Positions 57,555 through 64,000 of a stretch of DNA of 64,000 nt are shown one piece after another. Numbering within the stretch: position 1 is the stretch's first letter; every line of letters starts with the position of its first letter. The notes beneath the pieces are model-generated. The model was not told the origin of the DNA. It did not search any database and saw only the letters and a program-made list of their open reading frames with translations. This DNA comes from the human T2T-CHM13v2.0 reference genome, Homo sapiens. The DNA is taken from assembly GCF_009914755.1 (NCBI RefSeq), contig NC_060933.1. One strand, written 5' to 3'. Made by a program: the position numbers and the translations under genes.

Positions 57555-59971
57555 TGAGTCAGTTACTGGGCATAATGTGTCATACCCTGGGTCTTTGAAA
57601 TGTGTTATCACAGATACTCTAAGTCAGGAATTAGTTGTTTAGCTCAATTGCTTCCAAATATACAACATTCTATTTGTGTAACATAAATAGCAAGCACAGC
57701 GGGCAAAACAGAGAGACTAATTGAGAAGCCCTTATGTTTAGGACAAATTCTATCAATGCAGGTGTATGGTATATTAAAGAGAGATGAAAGTTTTGCTTAG
57801 CCTAGTCACTTGTATCAAACATATTTTTTTTTCTATCACAATGCTGGATCTCTTTAGAGAATTATTTATTTGCTCACAAAATCTTGTCAAAATTGTGTAT
57901 CAGTGAAATGAATATAATTATTAACTCTGAAAGTTAACCCATTTCTGCCTGAGGTTGCAATTCTTTGAATTTTTGCAATCAGACCTTGGCGATGGCCTTG
58001 AGCAGTAGGATATAAATAATTCCCACATGCTTAATGTTCCAATAATGGAACACTAGGCATAAATGGCTACTCCTGCTGGGTTTATTCCAAAAGTTGCATC
58101 AATAAAAAGCATTTCGGGGAGGGGTCACCAGTAAATAAGTTGAAAGTAGAAACATAATACTAGATATAGAGAAAGAAAGAAAATATGAGTGGGGAAGGGT
58201 TTTTGGAAATGTCTATACTTCTCTACAGTCAAAAAACATTCATCCCCTACTTTAAATAAAACTTCCTGCTTCCCATAATTTGCATATTCTACTATTCAGC
58301 TTTGCCACTGAGAAGCTAATATTTTGTAAAGAGTTTCTTTATTAATTTTGGGCTTTTGATATAATAATCTCATATTTGCTGAATACGTTTACTCTTAAAT
58401 GACAGTTTTGTCATTGTTGTTGACCTGAAGCAGGGTGTATTTTTAATGGGAGATGTGAAGAAAAATGGAATAGAGGCAAAAAAGTTATTACCCAGTTACC
58501 ATTTTTAGAAAGTCATTTTAAGTAGTTGGAAAGCAATTCTATTTGTTCCTTCATTCACTGATGAGAAGATCTCCATAGTGAGGAAGTTGTGAGAGGGAGG
58601 GATTAAAATTAGGCAACTATTTTACAAAACAATACTTGCGTGTCACTTTGCTCAGTAATGTCTTTTTAGCCATGTGGATTTTTAGTTCATCAAGTCTAAT
58701 TCTCTTGTATCCTTTATTGCAGGCTACCTGTGTGAGTCACATGTCAGTGCAATTTCTGGAGGTCAATTGTAGCCCTGAAGTCTCAGAACAATGGCAAAAA
58801 GAAATACGGAGGGCATGATACATTTGGTAAGTGCCTTATGTAAACCACAGAAAATGATAGAGGCAATTTTTTTCTTTCCTAAGGCTGGTGATTTATTGCA
58901 TACTTCTTGTCACGGAATAGATAACATAGGAGGACAGGAAGAAATTTGCTAGTTTACACAGTGCCCCCTGAAAATAATTCATCGAATTGGTCTCCTTTGG
59001 AAACATTCACATATTCTGCATGTATTTTTACCAGACACATTTAGCATCGTAATGGCATAATAAAAGCTATCATTTGGGAAATATACACATTGCTCCTATC
59101 TGAGTGCACAGTGGTGTTGGTAGGTACTGAGGGAGGAAGAGACACATGTGCCCTGAGGAAGTCTCTGTTTTGTCTCCATGCACATTTAAGTCTTTTACAC
59201 ATTTGAGAAGGGACTGGGAGAGGAGCATGGGGGAAGGGGGCTGGATGTGGCTGGCATCTTCTAAGATTTATGAACTGCTAAATTTAGAAATGTCATTTTG
59301 TTATTGCCAGTGAACTGCTAGCATCTTCGTATGAGTCACTAAGAAAAAATAGCAATCACCTCCTTTGCAAGAGCTAGTATGAGTAACACAAGATGGGTTC
59401 AATTAATCATTTTAACCACTAAATTCACTCTGGATAAACAAAGTGTGTATCAGATGATGTGCCCTAGAAAGGTTGTCATCCTTACAAAATGCTATGCTCT
59501 GCAGCTATGCTCTTCTCATTATCGTATTGCAAATAGTTCTCTGAAAGAAAAAACTGTTCAAACAAAATATTAAACAGCATTCATTTGTCATTTTCCTTCG
59601 GGGACTAGGCAGCAACCTGCTGTGGCTGAAAATATGTGGTCATTATGAAGCTGGTATTGAATTGTTTGTTTATCTTTAGCAGGGGAGGGAGGTTTCAATG
59701 ATGTTACTATTTGATTGGTAATTTCAGGCACTTCTGCTTTCTAAAAGCGTATCCTCTGTCCAGAATTGATATTAATAAATGAGTGTGTAAATATGCTGTT
59801 TGTATGTTTCTTTTTAATGTTCATATAATTTTCAGTGTCATAAGCTCTTATCACCTGAGGAGTGATGGTGAGTTTTATTTTCTTGTTAGTGTATAGGGTT
59901 TTATATCACAGTGAGTCAGGTTGCTTGCTCTTTCAGAAACCTGAAGCATTTACTATAAATGGAGTGAGTCA
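57555..59971. promoter_or_regulatory. Candidate enhancer with five consensus AP-1 (TGAGTCA) sites
   Basis: TGAGTCA at 57555, 58733, 59332, 59912, 59965 in mostly non-repeat DNA; function inferred. Confidence 0.5.
57938..58067 (-). mobile_element. MER85 piggyBac (PGBD3-derived) MITE
   Basis: TTAA at 57934-57937 then CCCATTTCTGCCT; other end AGGCATAAATGG; internal palindrome GTTCCATTATTGGAAC (minus) at 58036-58051. Confidence 0.9.
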
Positions 59972-61370
59972 GGATGTCTAAGATGCCTTGTTCACTGATG
60001 ACAGTATGACTTTCGCAAGTAGATCAGAGAGAGATTTCAGTGTCTGCATGTGGTGTGCTATCTCTTTCATCTGGTCACAGGAAGCAGCAGGCACTTTTTT
60101 TTTTTTTAACGTAGAGAAACCTAGGTTCTGTTTCTCCTCTTTTTCCTGATTCTCCATCTTTTCTTTTTTTCCTTCCCATTTTCTTTCTCTCCATCTTTTT
60201 CTTGTTCTTATTCTTCTCTGCACTGGTTAATAATGGATTCAGGGGACTAAAAAGTGACATGAGAAGGTAATAGGCTACACACATCTACTCAAATCCCCCA
60301 GACAGATAAGAACCTAGTCCACTTAAAAGTAACTTCAGATACCATCCTTATAGAAATCCATGCCATCACTTAACAACTTTTACAAAATCCTTTATTCTGC
60401 TATTTAAACCTGCTTCCTTTTATAATGTGCTTAGAGAGCACAAGAAATTTGTCACCATTTTCTGAAACATTCCTTACTCAGACTGCAAAATCACTCTTTC
60501 AGCCTATTTAATTGGAAGCAGAATTAAAGCTTCATTAGCTTTATCTCTAAACTTTTTATCAATTTATGGCACTCTTCAGAGCCTCCTTTGCAGTTTTTCA
60601 GATCCTCTTTAAGTCAGAGAATGTAGAACTGTACATGTGTCTCCAAAAGATATTTGCCCAGGGCAAGTCAATGGTAAAGTTCAAAAATTTTTAAAAAGCC
60701 CTATTCATGTTCTTCAAACTCTTATGGTCACATTTGCCAAGCAGAATATGTTTAGTAAAGGTGAGGATTTGCTAGTACAAGACTCTGGTAAGGGAGATGA
60801 CTTGACTGCCAGGAAATAATACAGCATGTAGAATAGAGAAAAAACATGGCTATCCTTGGATGCTACCATGTTTATTTCATACTTAGGAGAGGAGAAAAAA
60901 AGCAAACTTTGATGAAGAGCGGAAAGCTGAGAATCAGTGAGAGAAGTCTGTTTTGTTGGGGTTGTTACAATAACACTTTGCCTGAAGAAAGTACTCAACC
61001 TGGATGTATTCTGATAATATTGATTTGTGATTCTTTCCATCTAAAGAATCCTTTTGGAGAGTTAGGTGAGGACAGGAAAGTGCAGAGATGTTTAAGGAGA
61101 AGAGTTAGAGTTAGATCAAAATCTTACTTATTCAATAAACTATAAAGTTGTTTTTCCAGGCAAAAGGAGACAATTGCGGATTTTATTATTGTCTGAATGA
61201 AGGGGCTTTAATTGCTCAGATATACTGCTATGCTTCCTTGCCTCATTAAGTGCAACAGTCTGATCTTGCAGTGGGGAAAAAAAACAGGAAGAAAAGTAAA
61301 TGGGGTAAAACCATGAGTTAAATAGTTAGCTTATAGCAGTATACATCCAAAACGATGTATTCTGATCTGT

Positions 61371-61408
<38 letters not shown>

Positions 61409-61426
61409 CGCGCGCGTGTATATGTG
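61371..61426. repeat. Compound (TC)11(TG)8(CG)4 microsatellite
   Basis: Seen directly. Confidence 0.95.
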
Positions 61427-61529
61427 ATCTCACTTTTTAAAAAAGGTTTGCTTTTTATCCCTTGCTTCACAAAAATATTGCTGACCATCCAACACAGTAA
61501 ACTAATCGATACATAACAAAGATAGAAGC

Positions 61530-61835
61530 CACCATTTATTCAGATCATGCTACATGCCAGGTACTTAATATATTTAAAGTATAATATATCTAGTATACTT
61601 TATGTAATTACCTAATATAATTATTTTATCATTTAAATGTATTACCATGAATGACTAACTATATGTCATGCTCTAAGTTAAAGATACGAGCCCTGTGATG
61701 GAGGCATTTCTGTCGTTATTTTACAGATGAGGAAAGTGAAGTCCACAGAAGAGACTAGCTACAGTCTCACAGTTTGTCAGTGGCAAAACTTAGTTTTGAA
61801 TTCAAGTCTCTCTCACACTAAAGTTGATGTTTTTC
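61530..61835 (-). mobile_element. MIR SINE with AT-rich interruption
   Basis: 'CCATTTATT...CTACATGCCAGG' and 'ATTTTACAGATGAGGAAAGTGAAG'. Confidence 0.65.
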
Positions 61836-62846
61836 CTAACACATTCCTGTTACTCTGCTGGACTTGTCAGATTTATCTGGTATCTCAAAAGATTCATGTA
61901 AGAGAACCAGAGTTTTTCATCCATAACACTACCTCCAAGAGAGATAAGGACACTAAATTGCAATGATGTAATTAAACATTTTTGGATTTTTTTCTATCAG
62001 AGAAGCCTAGAGAAGGTCATTTTTCTTTAAAAAAAAAAAATAAATAAAAATAAATAAAAGCCAGAGATAGGCAAGAGTTGCGGCTTCTGGAATTTTAATT
62101 ACCAGTCTATTATAAATATGTCATCTTGGCCTATAATGAGTTATCACAATCATTAACTATTGTTGCAGTTATTGGTTGTAAAATAAAATGCAAAGTCTCA
62201 GCTATTTAATGTATGATTAATACAATTCATTTTATTGGGCTCTTACACTGTGTTTGTGGGTTTCTTTCTCTTTCTCTTTTTCGTTTTTTTTTCCCACTCT
62301 GTCTCTTTCCTTGGGCATTTTATGTGAACCACAAAATTACAGGTCTGTGTCTTATTGTACTTTATGGTTCAGTAAATTAGGCCAGGGTGATAACCTGAGG
62401 GAATATTAATAATACTTGTTTTAACAAGCCTACATTTATACCATTGTCAGGAGTTAATTGCTCAGTTATACCCCTGGTGCTCAGGATTACTGAGTACTAA
62501 AGGATAGTGGTGGGAAGGAAAGTGTTCCACTTTGGCAAAATCTACTTCCCTAAGATTTGTGTTTCTGGCAGCAAGGAGATGATTACCCTGAAATACGTGA
62601 CCATTTATTGAACCAAAAATAGAAGGTGTTTTATATAGGCACTAAGTAATACTTCTAAGGTCTGAAGTCCTATGGAGCACATACAGAAAATGTTTGCAAG
62701 TTTATAAAGTGTCTGACTCTGGATATCTAGTAACCTGGAAAACACTACTATTTTATTATAAAACTGTACACCAGGGGTTCTTTGTCAGAACAGCTCCCGC
62801 CAGATGACAGGATTTATCTCCTAGAAGATGTTCTTTTGTTCTTTGT

Positions 62847-63181
<335 letters not shown>

Positions 63182-63725
63182 TCATTTTGATCTTCTCTAT
63201 GCTTTCCTGGAGGCTGAAATGCATCTACCTGATATTGGACTCAGTTTCCTGAGACCAAGACTATGTGTTAGGGTCAGAAAGGTGAATAGCTACAAAAATA
63301 GATGATGAGAGAGATTATTATTAGATAGTATAACCCTCTGGAACTTCTAGGATAGTCACATACTCACTTGTCCCGTTTAAAAGTGTAATTAGGCATTTTC
63401 CAATTGGTTTGCTACTACTTTCTTATTCAATCATTATGTTGTATGTAAGAAGAGACCAAAGCTTTAATGACTTTATTTATTTTCCTTATCTGAAATAATT
63501 AAACCTATCTTTCAGGGAATTATGCTAACTTTTTGAAGTAGCATATGTGAAAGTCCTAGCATGTCATCCTTAAGAATATGCCATCTACATGGAATATGTG
63601 CTAATATGATTCCTTGTACCCTGCACCCCTAAACTATTAATATATCAATGACTTTTCCCCCTAAGTTTTAGTGGAACTTCCACATCTTCAGGTGAGACCT
63701 CTAGACAGTAACCACCAAATGATTG

Positions 63726-64000
63726 TGAGAGGTGAAGCCAGCTGGACTTCCTGGGTCAAGTGGGGAGTTGGAGAACTTTTCTGTCTGGCTAGAGGATTAT
63801 AAATGCACCAATCAGCACTCTGGAAAAATGCACCAATCAGCACTCTGTGTCTAGCTAAAGGATTGTAAAGGCACCATTCAGTACTCTGTAAAAATGCACG
63901 AATCAGCACTCTGTGTCTAGCTAAAGGATTGTAAATGCACCAATCACCACTCTGTAAAAACGCACCAATCAGCGCTCTGTGTCTAGCTAAAATAAACGCA
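63726..64000 (+). mobile_element. ERV9 LTR12 (LTR12F-like) U3, cut by window edge
   Basis: Starts TGAGAGGTGAAGCCAGCTGGACTTCCTGGG; tandem 'GCACCAATCAGCACTCTG' units. Confidence 0.92.

Noticed and set aside
63790-64000. Repeat-spacer-like periodicity
   Set aside because: Standard LTR12 U3 tandem repeats, not a CRISPR array

Overview
AT-rich, repeat-dense primate (most likely human) non-coding DNA; I find no convincing protein-coding gene and cannot name the locus. The dominant element is a ~5.5 kb two-LTR HERV-H provirus on the minus strand (35148-40683) with LTR7B-type LTRs, a tRNA-His primer-binding site, decayed gag/pro/pol and mostly deleted env. There is also a nested L1 block (about 2.8-10.8 kb) with a 5'-inverted (twin-primed) L1PA insertion, eight Alus, MIR/L2/MaLR/MER21/Tigger/Charlie relics, a piggyBac MITE (MER85) and the start of an ERV9 LTR12 at the right edge. 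Most notable: (i) a MER85 with an intact 16-bp CSB-PGBD3 palindrome inside a cluster of five AP-1 sites; (ii) a 38-bp locally templated insertion in an Alu 3' end; (iii) a MaLR LTR rearranged into a long inverted repeat; (iv) a 92-bp tandem duplication in HERV-H integrase; (v) candidate exons on both strands, including a 24-nt microexon-like signature. Subfamily names come from my recollection of consensus sequences and need RepeatMasker/Dfam confirmation; the ORF track is explained by repeats or chance.
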